Part shown: piece after piece, positions 49,002 through 58,865 of the stretch | Layout: every line of letters starts with the position of its first letter | Position numbering within the stretch: position 1 is the first letter of the stretch | Assembly (NCBI GenBank): GCA_964291415.2 | Contig: OZ219918.1 | Location: forward strand, 192,001 to 256,000 | DNA length: 64,000 bases | Direction: 5' to 3' | From: Alphaproteobacteria bacterium | Lineage (GTDB): Bacteria > Pseudomonadota > Alphaproteobacteria > SP197 | Position numbers and translations under genes: made by a program | Notes under the pieces: model-generated | What the model saw: the letters and a program-made list of their open reading frames with translations, nothing else | Database searches by the model: none | What the model was told of the DNA's origin: nothing

Positions 49002-49259
49002 ATGCTGATCATTCCCTGCCCGTGGTGCGGCGAACGCGACGAGAGCGAATTCAGCTATGGCGGCCCCGCGCGACCCTTGCCGGCACTGGATGCGGACGCG
49101 GCGGCCTGGCGCCGCGCCCTCTACTCCCATGACAACCCAAAGGGGTGGCGCGAGGAACTGTGGTTCCACGGCTTTGGCTGCCGGCAATGGATCGTCGTCT
49201 CCAGGCACACGGTGACCCAGGAGATTGCCGATAGCCGCCCAATGGAGCCCCCGCCGTGA
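49002..49259 (+). CDS. soxD: Sarcosine oxidase delta subunit family
   Basis: IPCPWCGER..EF.YGG, NPKG, WFHGFGCRQW zinc ligands. Confidence 0.9.
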   Translation: MLIIPCPWCGERDESEFSYGGPARPLPALDADAAAWRRALYSHDNPKGWREELWFHGFGCRQWIVVSRHTVTQEIADSRPMEPPP

Positions 49260-52222
49260 CCGGCGGAGGCCAGACCCGCCGTCTGGCGGAGGGCGGACTG
49301 ATCGACCGCGCGCGGTCGCTGGCCTTCACCTTCAATGGCCGGACCCTGTCCGGGTACGAGGGCGATACCCTGGCTTCGGCCCTGATGGCCAACGGCGTCG
49401 ACGTGGTGGCGCGCAGCCTCAAGTATCACCGGCCGCGCGGCATCATGACCGACGGCCCCGAGGAGCCCAATGCCGTCGTCGCAATCGGCGAAGGTCCGTC
49501 GCGCACACCCAACCTCAAGGCCACGGAGGTCGTTCTCCACGATGGGCTCGTCGCACGGTCGCAGAACTGCTGGCCGTCCGTGGATCATGACGCGGGCGCC
49601 GTGGCGGGCCTCGCAACACCCCTGCTTGGCGCCGGGTTCTACTACAAGACGTTCATGGCCCCCCGCGCAGCCTGGCCACGTCTCTACGAGCGGCTGATTC
49701 GCCGTGCCGCCGGCCTGGGGCGTGCCCCGGAAGGCCATGACCCCGATCTCTACGAGCATCGGCACCGCCATTGTGATGTCCTCGTCGTCGGTGCTGGCCC
49801 GGCGGGGCTCGCGGCTGCACGTGTGTTCGCCCAGGCCGGGCTGCGTTTCGTGCTGTGCGACGAGCGACCAAGACCCGGCGGTTCCCTGACCGGCACGACG
49901 CAGCGCATCGACGGCGAGGCAGGCAACGCATGGGCGCAGCAGATCGCCGCGGACGTCGCTGCTTCACCGCGTGCGACGGTGTTGCCGGAGACGTGCGCCG
50001 TGTGGCTGGGAGATCATCGACTGGTGACCCTGGTCGAGCGCAGACGTGGCGCAGACGGCGTTGCCGAGCGGCTCTGGCTCGTTCGGCCACGCCATGTCGT
50101 GCTGGCGACCGGGGCGATCGAGCGGCCTCTTTGCTTCCCCGGGAACGACCGGCCCGGCATCATGCTGGCCTCGGCCGCCGTGGCCTACATCCACCGATAC
50201 GCCGTTGTGCCCGGCAAACGCGCGGTGATCCATACCAACAACGACTCCGGCTACGGCGTCCTCCAGCATCTCCGCGAGGCGGGAATCGACGTGAAGGCCG
50301 TCATCGATACGCGGCCCCGTGACCTGATCGGTGAAGCGGCGCTCAGCATGATCCGCGATGTCGACGTGCTGGCTGGCCACCGGATCGTCTCGACCGCCGG
50401 CCGTCACCGGCTCCGCCGCATCGATGTCGGGCCTGCTGACGGAGCCCGGCGATCCAGTGTCATCGAAGCCGATCTCCTGTGTGTCGCGGGTGGCTGGTCC
50501 CAGACGCTCCACTTGCTGGGTCATCGCGGCGGCACCATGCGCCACGAGGAACCGAACGCCGCCACTTCGGCCGCGGCACCCGGAGACGACGTGGCAATCG
50601 CGGGCGCCGCAGCCGGCGTCACGGGTCTTGCCGCATGTCTCGCCAACGGTACCAGAGTGGCCGGGGCGGTGCTCGAGGCGTTGGACCGGGAAGTCCCGGC
50701 GCTCCGGATCCCGGTGTCTGACGCCAAGACAGGGACGTTGTCGGGAAAGCCGAACGGTCCCTCCTGCCCGACCCTCGACGTCAGGCAGCAGCGCAGAGCC
50801 TTCGTCGATCTGCAGAACGACGTCACGGCCCTCGATGTGATGCGGGCGGTCGACGAGGGATACGGCGCCATCGAGCACCTGAAGCGCTACACGACGTCCG
50901 GCATGGGAACGGATCAGGGCAAGCTCGGCAACGTCATGACGATCGACATGGTTGCCGAAGCGACCGGCCAGTCGGCTGAAAGGATCGGCCACACGACATT
51001 TCGCCCGCCCTACACGCCGGTGACGCTGGGCGCGCTTGTCGGACACGCCAGGGGCGAGCGCCTGTTCCCGACCCGCCAGACCCCGTTCCACCGCCGTCAT
51101 CTGTCCAACGGCGCGCTGATGGAACTCGCGGGAGCCTGGCACTACCCGAAATGCTTTCCGCGCGACGGAGAAACGGTGGATGCCGCGATCGAGCGTGAAG
51201 TGCGGACCGTGCGCAACGCGGTCGGGTTCGTCGACATGTCCACCCTGGGCAAGTTCGAGATCATGGGCCCCGATGCCGGGGTCTTCCTCGATCGCGCCTA
51301 TGCCGGCCGACTCTCCACCCTTGCCGAGGGACGCTGCCGTTATGCGCTGATGTTGCGCGAGGACGGGGTCGTGCGCGATGACGGCACCGTGGCCCGATTG
51401 GCCGCCGATCGCTGGCACGTCACCGCATCGACGGCCCATGCCGACGACGTCTGGCGTCATCTCGAGCGCCTGCGACAGGTCGAATGGCCGGAGCTCGACG
51501 TCCTCCTCGTCGATGTCGGCGAACAGTGGGCCAGTCTTGCCATAGCCGGACCGCGCGCGCGTGATGTTCTCGCCGCCGTCACACCGGAACTCGACGTCTC
51601 GCCCGAGGCGCTGCCGTTCCTGGGTTGTCGGGAAACCAGGTTCGACGGCGTTCGCGCACGCGTCTTCCGAATCAGCTATTCCGGGGAGCTGGGCTTTGAG
51701 GTCTATGTCGGCGCACGGCACGGCGACCGGCTGTGGGATGCGGTGGTGGAGGCCGGTGCGCCCTTCGGCATCGCGCCCTACGGCGTCGAGGCCCTTGATG
51801 TCATGCGTATCGAAAAAGGCCACTGCGCCGGCAGCGAGTTCGACGGCCGCACGACACCGGCCGACCTGGGTCTGGGCCGCATGATCAAGCGTGACACAGG
51901 GTTCCTGGGTCACGCGCTTGCGCGCCAGCACTCCCTTCGTCAGCGTCTGATCGGGCTCGTTTCGGCGGACCGGCGCACGCCCATCCCCCGCGGCGCGATT
52001 CTCGTTGCCGGTGCGGCCCGGTCCCGGGCTCTCGGCCACGTCACCGCATCCGTCGCCAGTCCGACTCTCGGCCAGCCGATCGCATTGGCCATGCTGCAGG
52101 GATCAGTCAGCCCCGGCGACAGCGAACTCCGTGCCGTCTCGCCCGTCGCCGGCCTCGATGTCGCGGTCGAGATCAACGAATTGCCTTTCTACGACGCCGA
52201 TGGCGCCAGGATGCGCGCATGA
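49256..52222 (+). CDS. soxA: Sarcosine oxidase alpha subunit family
   Basis: GDTLASAL, RSLKYHRPRG, GAGPAGL, KRYTTSGMGTDQGK, GcvT-like C-terminus. Confidence 0.9.
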   Translation: MTGGGQTRRLAEGGLIDRARSLAFTFNGRTLSGYEGDTLASALMANGVDVVARSLKYHRPRGIMTDGPEEPNAVVAIGEGPSRTPNLKATEVVLHDGLVARSQNCWPSVDHDAGAVAGLATPLLGAGFYYKTFMAPRAAWPRLYERLIRRAAGLGRAPEGHDPDLYEHRHRHCDVLVVGAGPAGLAAARVFAQAGLRFVLCDERPRPGGSLTGTTQRIDGEAGNAWAQQIAADVAASPRATVLPETCAVWLGDHRLVTLVERRRGADGVAERLWLVRPRHVVLATGAIERPLCFPGNDRPGIMLASAAVAYIHRYAVVPGKRAVIHTNNDSGYGVLQHLREAGIDVKAVIDTRPRDLIGEAALSMIRDVDVLAGHRIVSTAGRHRLRRIDVGPADGARRSSVIEADLLCVAGGWSQTLHLLGHRGGTMRHEEPNAATSAAAPGDDVAIAGAAAGVTGLAACLANGTRVAGAVLEALDREVPALRIPVSDAKTGTLSGKPNGPSCPTLDVRQQRRAFVDLQNDVTALDVMRAVDEGYGAIEHLKRYTTSGMGTDQGKLGNVMTIDMVAEATGQSAERIGHTTFRPPYTPVTLGALVGHARGERLFPTRQTPFHRRHLSNGALMELAGAWHYPKCFPRDGETVDAAIEREVRTVRNAVGFVDMSTLGKFEIMGPDAGVFLDRAYAGRLSTLAEGRCRYALMLREDGVVRDDGTVARLAADRWHVTASTAHADDVWRHLERLRQVEWPELDVLLVDVGEQWASLAIAGPRARDVLAAVTPELDVSPEALPFLGCRETRFDGVRARVFRISYSGELGFEVYVGARHGDRLWDAVVEAGAPFGIAPYGVEALDVMRIEKGHCAGSEFDGRTTPADLGLGRMIKRDTGFLGHALARQHSLRQRLIGLVSADRRTPIPRGAILVAGAARSRALGHVTASVASPTLGQPIALAMLQGSVSPGDSELRAVSPVAGLDVAVEINELPFYDADGARMRA

Positions 52223-52707
52223 CGGCCTTGTCGGAAATCGCACCGCTGTCGGTTCATCGACTCCTCGGCACCCGGCGAGGCAGCAATGTCATGGACGGAC
52301 CGAAGCTGCCGTCACGGATCAACGAAGGCGTGTTTGACGGGTCAAGGACGGTGATGATGCTCGGCCCGACAGATTGGCTCGTCCTGGACAAGGATCCGAA
52401 GGGCCCGACAGACCTGACGATCGATCCCGGGCAGCCGTTCGCAGTGTTTGACGAAAGCGACGCGTGGAGGCTGTTCCGGCTGCACGGAGAGGACGCCGAA
52501 CAAGTCGTCACGCAGTTCTGTCCGATCGATGTCGGCGCTGTCGAAGGAACAGCCAGCGCCACCCATCTCGCCAGGCACCCGGCCATCGTGATGCCACGGT
52601 CGATCAGCGAGATCGAGATCCTCGTGCCGCGCAGTTACGCGGCTTCTCTCATCAATCTGATGGATGACGCAATCACGCGCTCTGTTTCGTCGGAGCGCTC
52701 TGGCTGA
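52219..52707 (+). CDS. soxG: Sarcosine oxidase gamma subunit family (short/divergent)
   Basis: LGPTDWLV, FCPID, VPRSYA; last gene of the operon. Confidence 0.7.
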   Translation: MTALSEIAPLSVHRLLGTRRGSNVMDGPKLPSRINEGVFDGSRTVMMLGPTDWLVLDKDPKGPTDLTIDPGQPFAVFDESDAWRLFRLHGEDAEQVVTQFCPIDVGAVEGTASATHLARHPAIVMPRSISEIEILVPRSYAASLINLMDDAITRSVSSERSG

Positions 52708-53347
52708 CCGAAGTGCCGCTGTCGGCCAGTTGATTGTAGACCTTCGTGCCCCAGCCGATGTCCTGTTCGACCAGGTCGCGGGCGAGCCTGGCGTTGCGGG
52801 CCCGAATGGCTTCGGCAATGCGTGCGTGAAGCAGGCGCCAGTCCTCGGTCGTCTCCAGCACCCCTACGACATCGGCGAGGTAGGGTCCCGACTGCGCCCA
52901 CAATCCCTCGATGATCGACGTCAGCTCCGGATTGCCGGCGCCGGCGTAGATGGTGAAATGGAACCTGTAGTTGTTGGCGAGATAGTCTCCCCTGACTCCG
53001 CTCTCGATGTCCCTGTTTGTCTGGTGTGCGAGCTCTTCCAGCTGGTCGATCTCGGCCGGGGTCATGCGCGGCGTGGCGAGTTCGGTCGCCGCGCCTTCCA
53101 GGTTGGCGCGCAGGAAAAAGAGGTCGGAGACCCGCTCAGGATCGTGCCTGGGAACGCGGAACGAGCGGTTCGCGGAGGCGATGAGAGCGCGTTCCGATGC
53201 CAGGCGCTTGAGCGCTTCGCGTACCGGCATCATGCTTGTGCCCATCCTCTCGGCGACCGTGCGGATCGAGAGAGCGCTGTCAGGTCCGTGTTCGCCGACG
53301 ATCAGCGACCACTTGAGCTGCTGATAGATCTGGTCGCTGAGCGACAT
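52673..53347 (-). CDS. GntR family transcriptional regulator (FCD domain)
   Basis: SLSDQIY, GTSMMPVREALKRL HTH, NYRFHFTIY, H..I..AI. Confidence 0.9.
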   Translation of the reverse strand: MSLSDQIYQQLKWSLIVGEHGPDSALSIRTVAERMGTSMMPVREALKRLASERALIASANRSFRVPRHDPERVSDLFFLRANLEGAATELATPRMTPAEIDQLEELAHQTNRDIESGVRGDYLANNYRFHFTIYAGAGNPELTSIIEGLWAQSGPYLADVVGVLETTEDWRLLHARIAEAIRARNARLARDLVEQDIGWGTKVYNQLADSGTSVSQSAPTKQSA

Positions 53348-53385
53348 GTCGCTTCGCGCGGATCGTGAATTTCCGCCGCGCTGCA

Positions 53386-55041
53386 TCAGTTTCCGGCCGC
53401 CTGCTGGCCGGTCCGCCGCCGGTGTTCCATGACGGTCTCGAGCCAGCCGACCTTGAGGTCGGGAACGGACCTCACCAGGAGATCGGTGTAGTCATGGTGA
53501 GGCGGCCGCAGCACCTCGGCTGTCGGTCCTGCCTCGACGATTTCGCCGTCACGCATGACCGCCACCCTGTCGGCGATGCGCGCGATCGTCGAGATATCGT
53601 GGGAGATGAAGATGTAGGCCACGTTCAACCGGTCCTGCAGGGACACGAGAAGGTCCAGAATGGCCTCGGCGACCACCGTGTCGAGAGCCGATGTGATCTC
53701 GTCGCAGATGATGAGCTGGGGATCGGCGGCAAGGGCCCGGGCCAGGTTGACCCGCTGCTTCTGACCGCCTGAAAGCTCGCGCGGAAGGCGCCGTCCGAAG
53801 GCGGGATCGAGACCGACCAGTTCCAGGAGTTCGTCGACCCGGCTCTCGATCGCCCTGCGATCCGCGCCGAAATAGAATGCCAGCGGCCGGCCCAGGATCT
53901 TTGCGACGGTGTGACGCGGATTGAGCGCCACATCGGCCATCTGGAAGACGATCTGGATATCGCGCAGCTCGTCGCGTGTGCGTTGCTTCAGCGATGCGGC
54001 AAGCGGCTCGCCCCTGAGCAGGGTCTCGCCTTTCCAGGGCGTCATGAGGCCACTGATGACGCGGCCGAGCGTCGACTTTCCCGAACCGGATTCACCGATG
54101 ACGCCAACGGTTTCCGCGACACGCACGTCGAGGGAAACGTCGCGCAGGGCCGGCACCTCCCGCTGGCGGCCATACCCGGCCAGGACACCGTTGACCGAGA
54201 GCAGGGGCGCACCGTCGCCTCTCGAGGCTCTCTGCTTGACCTCGGTCGGCATGACATGGGCGGCGGAGATCAATTGCCTGGTGTAGTCCTGCCGAGGAAC
54301 GGTGATGATCGTTTCCGTGGAACCGTACTCGACCATTCGGCCGTCTTTGAGCACCAGAATCTCGTCGGCAATCTGGGCAACGACGGCAAGGTCATGGCTG
54401 ACATAGATGGCCGAGGTCTGGTTCTCGCGAACCAGGTTCTTGAACGCCTGCAACACTTCGATCTGGGTCGTGACGTCGAGTGCGGTGGTCGGCTCGTCCA
54501 GGATCAGCAGCTTCGGGCTGCACATCATCGCCATGGCCGCCATCAGGCGTTGCAACTGGCCGCCGCTGACCTGGTGGGGATAGCGTCGGCCGATTGTCTC
54601 CGGCGACGGCAGGTCGAGTTCGCCATAGAGCGCGGCTGCCTTGCGGGTCGCGTCATCCCGGCTCATCAGGTTCCGGATCAGCGGGATCTCGGTGACCTGG
54701 TGGTTGATCGAGAGCGAGCTGTTGAACGACGCGGCGGCACTCTGCGCGACATAGGAGATGTCGACGCCGCGAATCTGCTGGCGCCTGGCGAGGTCGAACC
54801 GCAAGACGTCACTGCCGTCAAGCAGGATCTCGCCGCCCTTGAATGCGCAGCCCGGGCGGGTATAGCCCAGACAGGCAAGCGAGATGGTCGTCTTTCCCGA
54901 ACCGGACTCGCCGATCAGCGCCACCACCCTTCCGGGAGCGACCGAGAAGGAGACATCCTGGACGATCGGTGTGCGCTCGCCGCGTTTGGCGACGGCATCG
55001 ACCGACAGGTTGCGCACATCGATGACGTTGCCGGTCATCAC
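53386..55041 (-). CDS. Peptide-type ABC transporter, double ATPase
   Basis: [32 protein letters not shown]. Confidence 0.92.
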   Translation of the reverse strand: MMTGNVIDVRNLSVDAVAKRGERTPIVQDVSFSVAPGRVVALIGESGSGKTTISLACLGYTRPGCAFKGGEILLDGSDVLRFDLARRQQIRGVDISYVAQSAAASFNSSLSINHQVTEIPLIRNLMSRDDATRKAAALYGELDLPSPETIGRRYPHQVSGGQLQRLMAAMAMMCSPKLLILDEPTTALDVTTQIEVLQAFKNLVRENQTSAIYVSHDLAVVAQIADEILVLKDGRMVEYGSTETIITVPRQDYTRQLISAAHVMPTEVKQRASRGDGAPLLSVNGVLAGYGRQREVPALRDVSLDVRVAETVGVIGESGSGKSTLGRVISGLMTPWKGETLLRGEPLAASLKQRTRDELRDIQIVFQMADVALNPRHTVAKILGRPLAFYFGADRRAIESRVDELLELVGLDPAFGRRLPRELSGGQKQRVNLARALAADPQLIICDEITSALDTVVAEAILDLLVSLQDRLNVAYIFISHDISTIARIADRVAVMRDGEIVEAGPTAEVLRPPHHDYTDLLVRSVPDLKVGWLETVMEHRRRTGQQAAGN

Positions 55042-55895
55042 TGGAGATCTTCCGGCGAGCTGGCGTCGTTGCGGCGCAGATACCAGTCGACCAGGAGATT
55101 GATGCTGACCGTGATCGCGGCGATGCAGAGTGCGGGATAGAGCGGCGAGAATGTGCCGTAGAGGAGGCCCTGCATGTTCTCCCGAATCAGGACGCCGAGA
55201 TCCGCCTGCGGCGGCTGGACGCCAAGGCCGAGGAAGCTCAGCGCGGAGATGAAGAGGATCGCGTAGGTGAAGCGGATGCCGAATTCCGCCGCCAGCGGGA
55301 CCAGGGCGTTGGGCAGGATTTCATGCCACATCAGCCAGCCGAACCGCTCGCCACGCACGGTCGCTGCCTCGATGTAGTCCTGGACCACGATATCGACGCC
55401 GAGTGCCCGGGCCACCCGGAAGACCCGGGTCGAATCGATGAAGGCGATGGTGACCACAAGAACCGGGATCGACGGGCCGAGCGCCGTGAGGACGATCAGC
55501 GCCAGCATGATCGCCGGGAAGGCGATGAGGGCATCGACCAGACGGCTGATCAGCATGTCGAACCGGCCTCCGAGGACGGCGGCCAGGAAGCCCAGGCTGC
55601 AGCCGACGAGGAAAGCCAGGAAAGCGATCATGAAGGAAACGACGACGGTCAGCCTGAGACCGTAGAACAGCCGGGAAAAGAGGTCGCGCCCCAGATAGTC
55701 GCTGCCCAGCAGCAAGCCCCCGCCCGGCGACACGAAGCTGCCGGTGGTCAGGATCTCGCCTTCCCTGTAGGGCGCCAGGAATGGCGCCAGGATCGCGGCA
55801 AGCAGGACCAGAGTGATGATCGCCAGGCACACCGTGGCCGTCGGTGTCAGATCGCGCCTGGCTTCGCGAAGCGCCATGGCGATGCGTTCGACCAT
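55038..55895 (-). CDS. ABC transporter permease (DppC-like)
   Basis: LGSDYLGRD, LSFLGLGVQPP. Confidence 0.9.
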   Translation of the reverse strand: MVERIAMALREARRDLTPTATVCLAIITLVLLAAILAPFLAPYREGEILTTGSFVSPGGGLLLGSDYLGRDLFSRLFYGLRLTVVVSFMIAFLAFLVGCSLGFLAAVLGGRFDMLISRLVDALIAFPAIMLALIVLTALGPSIPVLVVTIAFIDSTRVFRVARALGVDIVVQDYIEAATVRGERFGWLMWHEILPNALVPLAAEFGIRFTYAILFISALSFLGLGVQPPQADLGVLIRENMQGLLYGTFSPLYPALCIAAITVSINLLVDWYLRRNDASSPEDLQ

Positions 55896-56849
55896 CTACT
55901 TGGGATGCCTGACGCGCGGATTGGCGATCAGCGAGACGATGTCGGCAGCCAGGTTCAGCACGACATAGGTCGAGCAGAAGATCATCGCCGCGGCCTGCAC
56001 CAGCGGGATGTCGCGCGTCGTCACGCCCTCGACCATCAGCCTGCCAACGCCTGGAAAGTTGAACATGGATTCGATCACGACGATGCCGGTGATGAGGTAG
56101 GCGAGGTTGAGCGCGATGACGTTGATGATCGGTGCAATGGCGTTGGGCAGCGCATGAACCAGGATGATCCGCCACTTCGGCACGCCCTTGAGGATCGCCA
56201 TTTCGATCGGCGACGAGGTCAGCACGTTCAGGACGGCGCTGCGCGTCATCCGCGCCATGTGGGCCATGACGGTGAAGGAGAGCGCGGTCACCGGCAGGGC
56301 CAGAACCCGCGCGTACTCGAGGAAGCCGTCGACGCGGTTCAGATTGGCGATCGCCGGCAGCCAGCCGAGCTGAACGGCGAACAGGGATACCAGGAGGACC
56401 GCAATCAGGAAATCGGGTACGGAAATGAGCGCCAGGGTCGAGGTCGAGATCAGCCGGTCAATCGCGCTGTCGGGTCGTGTCGAGGCGACCAGGCCGAGCA
56501 CGATGGAGAGCGGCACGGCGATTGCCGCCGTGACGGCTGCCAGCAGAACCGTGTTGCCGATGCGCTCGCCGATGACATCGTTCAGGATCGCCCCGTTGGC
56601 CAGCGAAGTGCCGAGATCGCCACGCAACAGTTCACCCAGCCAGGCGAGGTAGCGCAGGTGGGCGGGTTCATCGAGGCCCAGCCGTTCCCGGATGTTGGCG
56701 ACCAGTTCCGGAGTCGCCCCCTGGCCAAGGATGGCATGGGCGACATCACCGGGCAGGATCTCGGTGCCGACAAAGACCAGGAGCGAGACGATCAGCACGG
56801 TCACAATGCCCAGCCCCAAACGCTGCACGATGACGCTGAGGATGTTCAT
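55896..56849 (-). CDS. ABC transporter permease (DppB-like)
   Basis: LPGDVA, LGLDEP, HALPNA, RDIPLVQ, NPRVR. Confidence 0.9.
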   Translation of the reverse strand: MNILSVIVQRLGLGIVTVLIVSLLVFVGTEILPGDVAHAILGQGATPELVANIRERLGLDEPAHLRYLAWLGELLRGDLGTSLANGAILNDVIGERIGNTVLLAAVTAAIAVPLSIVLGLVASTRPDSAIDRLISTSTLALISVPDFLIAVLLVSLFAVQLGWLPAIANLNRVDGFLEYARVLALPVTALSFTVMAHMARMTRSAVLNVLTSSPIEMAILKGVPKWRIILVHALPNAIAPIINVIALNLAYLITGIVVIESMFNFPGVGRLMVEGVTTRDIPLVQAAAMIFCSTYVVLNLAADIVSLIANPRVRHPK

Positions 56850-56899
56850 GGATTGTGCCTGGCCCGCCCCCGCTTCCTAACGCCTCCAGACTATCATGG

Positions 56900-56937
56900 A
56901 ACGGCCACCGCGGAAGCGACGCCCCGCGGTGGCCGTT
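56900..56937. other. Intergenic stem-loop between SBP and permease (probable mRNA-stabilising/attenuating hairpin)
   Basis: Perfect 14-bp stem AACGGCCACCGCGG/CCGCGGTGGCCGTT with a 10-nt loop. Confidence 0.65.
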
Positions 56938-56961
56938 ACAGGTGAAGAGGAGCGGTCAGCC

Positions 56962-58560
56962 TCAGCTCTCGGCGCGCTCGATCCAGGCGGTACGCGCAAT
57001 CTGGTAGAAACCGAGCGGCCCGGACGGGTGCGGGTCGACACCCTGGACTTCGGATCTGGCGGCATCCATGTAGTCGGCGAACGCCATGGTGATATGGCCT
57101 CCGTCGTCCTGGAGCATGCGTTGCAGCTCGCAATACATCTCGCTGCGCAGGTCGAAGTCGGTGACACCACGCGCTTCGACCATGATCCGGTCGAAGTCCG
57201 GGTTGTTCCATGCCGTCTCGTTGTACGAGGCGCCGCCTGCAAAGGCGATCGACAGGATGAGGTCGGGCACGGGTCGCGCGTCCCAACCGGAAACGCACAT
57301 GGGCTTCACCAGCCACGCGGTCTGCCAATAGGTATCCGCCGGCGGCTGGATCAGGTTGATGTCGATGCCCGCTGCCCGCGCCGATTCCTGGAAGACCTGG
57401 CCTGCGGCAAGGCCACCCTGGCCCGGCACGTCGGAGGCATAGAAATCGATGGGCGTGCCCTCGAGCCCGGTCTTCTGGAAATGGAACCTGGCCTTGTCCG
57501 GATCATAGGCGCGCTGTTCGATGGCGTCGCAGTAGTAGGGATCGATCGGCGAGACCGGGTGATCGTTGCCGACATGGGCGAAACCCTTCATCACGTTGTT
57601 GACGATCGCCTCGCGGTCGATGGCGTACTTCATCGCCAGGCGGAAGTCGGGATCGCTCGTCGGCTCGCGGTCGAGCATCATGGCGATGTTGAGGAAGGAG
57701 GCGCTCTTCGCGTTCAGAACCCTGACGTCGTCGCGCTGGTCGATCAGGCCGACCGCCTTGGGATCGAGATAGAGCAGCACGTTGATGTCGTCGGACAGCA
57801 GCGCGTTGGTCCGCGCCGTCGGATCACCGATCGCCACCGTCTCGAATTCGTCGACCCAGGGTCCGTCATCACCCCAATAGTCATTGTTGCGCTCGAAGAT
57901 GTAGCTCAAGCCGGCCTGGAAGTCCTTGACCTTGAACGGTCCCGTGCCGGAGGTGTTGTTCGTGAAGTCGGTCCAGCCTTCCTGGGAGACGTGAACGCGC
58001 GTATCGCTCAGGACGATCGGAAAGTCCGCATTGGGCGACGACAACCTGAACTTGACGACGTGATCGCCGTCCTTCGTCATCTCGACGATCTGTCCCAGAT
58101 AGGCCTTGGCGGGCGATTCCGAATCCTCCGTCAGGTGGCGGGCAAAGGAGAAGATGACGTCGTCGGCGTTGAAGGTCTTGCCGCTGTGAAAAGTGACGCC
58201 CTTGCGCAGTTCGAAGGTCCACTCCGTCGCGTCGTCGTTGACGTCCCAACCCGTGGCGAGCCAGGGAACGGGACGCAGATCGGGTCCGCGGTTGACCATG
58301 AGGTCATAGACCGAGAATCCGCGCAGGATATCGGAGGTCGAGTAGAACCCTGTCGGATCGAGCGAATCGACGTTCTGCGCGGCCTCGACTCCAACCGTGA
58401 GACGGCCGCCCTTTTTCGGCGACTGCGCCCTGGCGGCGCTCGTGATCAGCCCCGGAAGGACCGAAGCGCCGACTCCGGCAGCGGCCATGCGGCCGCCAAA
58501 CTCGCGTCGCGAAATGCGCCGCTTGACGAACAAGTCAGTCAGATAGTCGATTTTCGACAT
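56962..58560 (-). CDS. ABC transporter substrate-binding protein (family 5, Tat-exported)
   Basis: ISRREF twin-arginine motif, [20 protein letters not shown]; RBS GAGGAG before the ATG at 58560. Confidence 0.92.
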   Translation of the reverse strand: MSKIDYLTDLFVKRRISRREFGGRMAAAGVGASVLPGLITSAARAQSPKKGGRLTVGVEAAQNVDSLDPTGFYSTSDILRGFSVYDLMVNRGPDLRPVPWLATGWDVNDDATEWTFELRKGVTFHSGKTFNADDVIFSFARHLTEDSESPAKAYLGQIVEMTKDGDHVVKFRLSSPNADFPIVLSDTRVHVSQEGWTDFTNNTSGTGPFKVKDFQAGLSYIFERNNDYWGDDGPWVDEFETVAIGDPTARTNALLSDDINVLLYLDPKAVGLIDQRDDVRVLNAKSASFLNIAMMLDREPTSDPDFRLAMKYAIDREAIVNNVMKGFAHVGNDHPVSPIDPYYCDAIEQRAYDPDKARFHFQKTGLEGTPIDFYASDVPGQGGLAAGQVFQESARAAGIDINLIQPPADTYWQTAWLVKPMCVSGWDARPVPDLILSIAFAGGASYNETAWNNPDFDRIMVEARGVTDFDLRSEMYCELQRMLQDDGGHITMAFADYMDAARSEVQGVDPHPSGPLGFYQIARTAWIERAES

Positions 58561-58620
58561 GGGTGTCTCCTCTTCAGTCGCAGGACCGCCCGCGTGGGGC
58601 AATGATACGATCAATTCGAA

Positions 58621-58632
58621 ACTGTGATCACA
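58621..58632. promoter_or_regulatory. Third TGTGATCACA operator, in the divergent SBP/dehydrogenase intergenic region
   Basis: ACTGTGATCACA; related perfect palindrome AACGGTGATCACCGTT at 58816..58831. Confidence 0.65.
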
Positions 58633-58865
58633 CATTGTAGAGGCTTGGCAAGGCGATGCAAGGACGATGCGGACAACAGTATCCGGACGACTCTCCGGGC
58701 GTCGGTTCGCGGAATCTCCTCCTTGCGGCACGCCACGATGTCGCGCGGTTCCTCAGCAAGTTCCTTTCCCTGCATTCCAGGACTCGACATCGTACGTTGG
58801 TCTTGCCTCTTGATGAACGGTGATCACCGTTGTCGTCCAATGATCCCGGGTGCAGTGGGGCTGTC

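Noticed and set aside
49964-52039. 691-aa minus ORF (likewise 56896..58605, 32119..33546, 9302..10720)
   Set aside because: Antisense shadows of well-supported genes.
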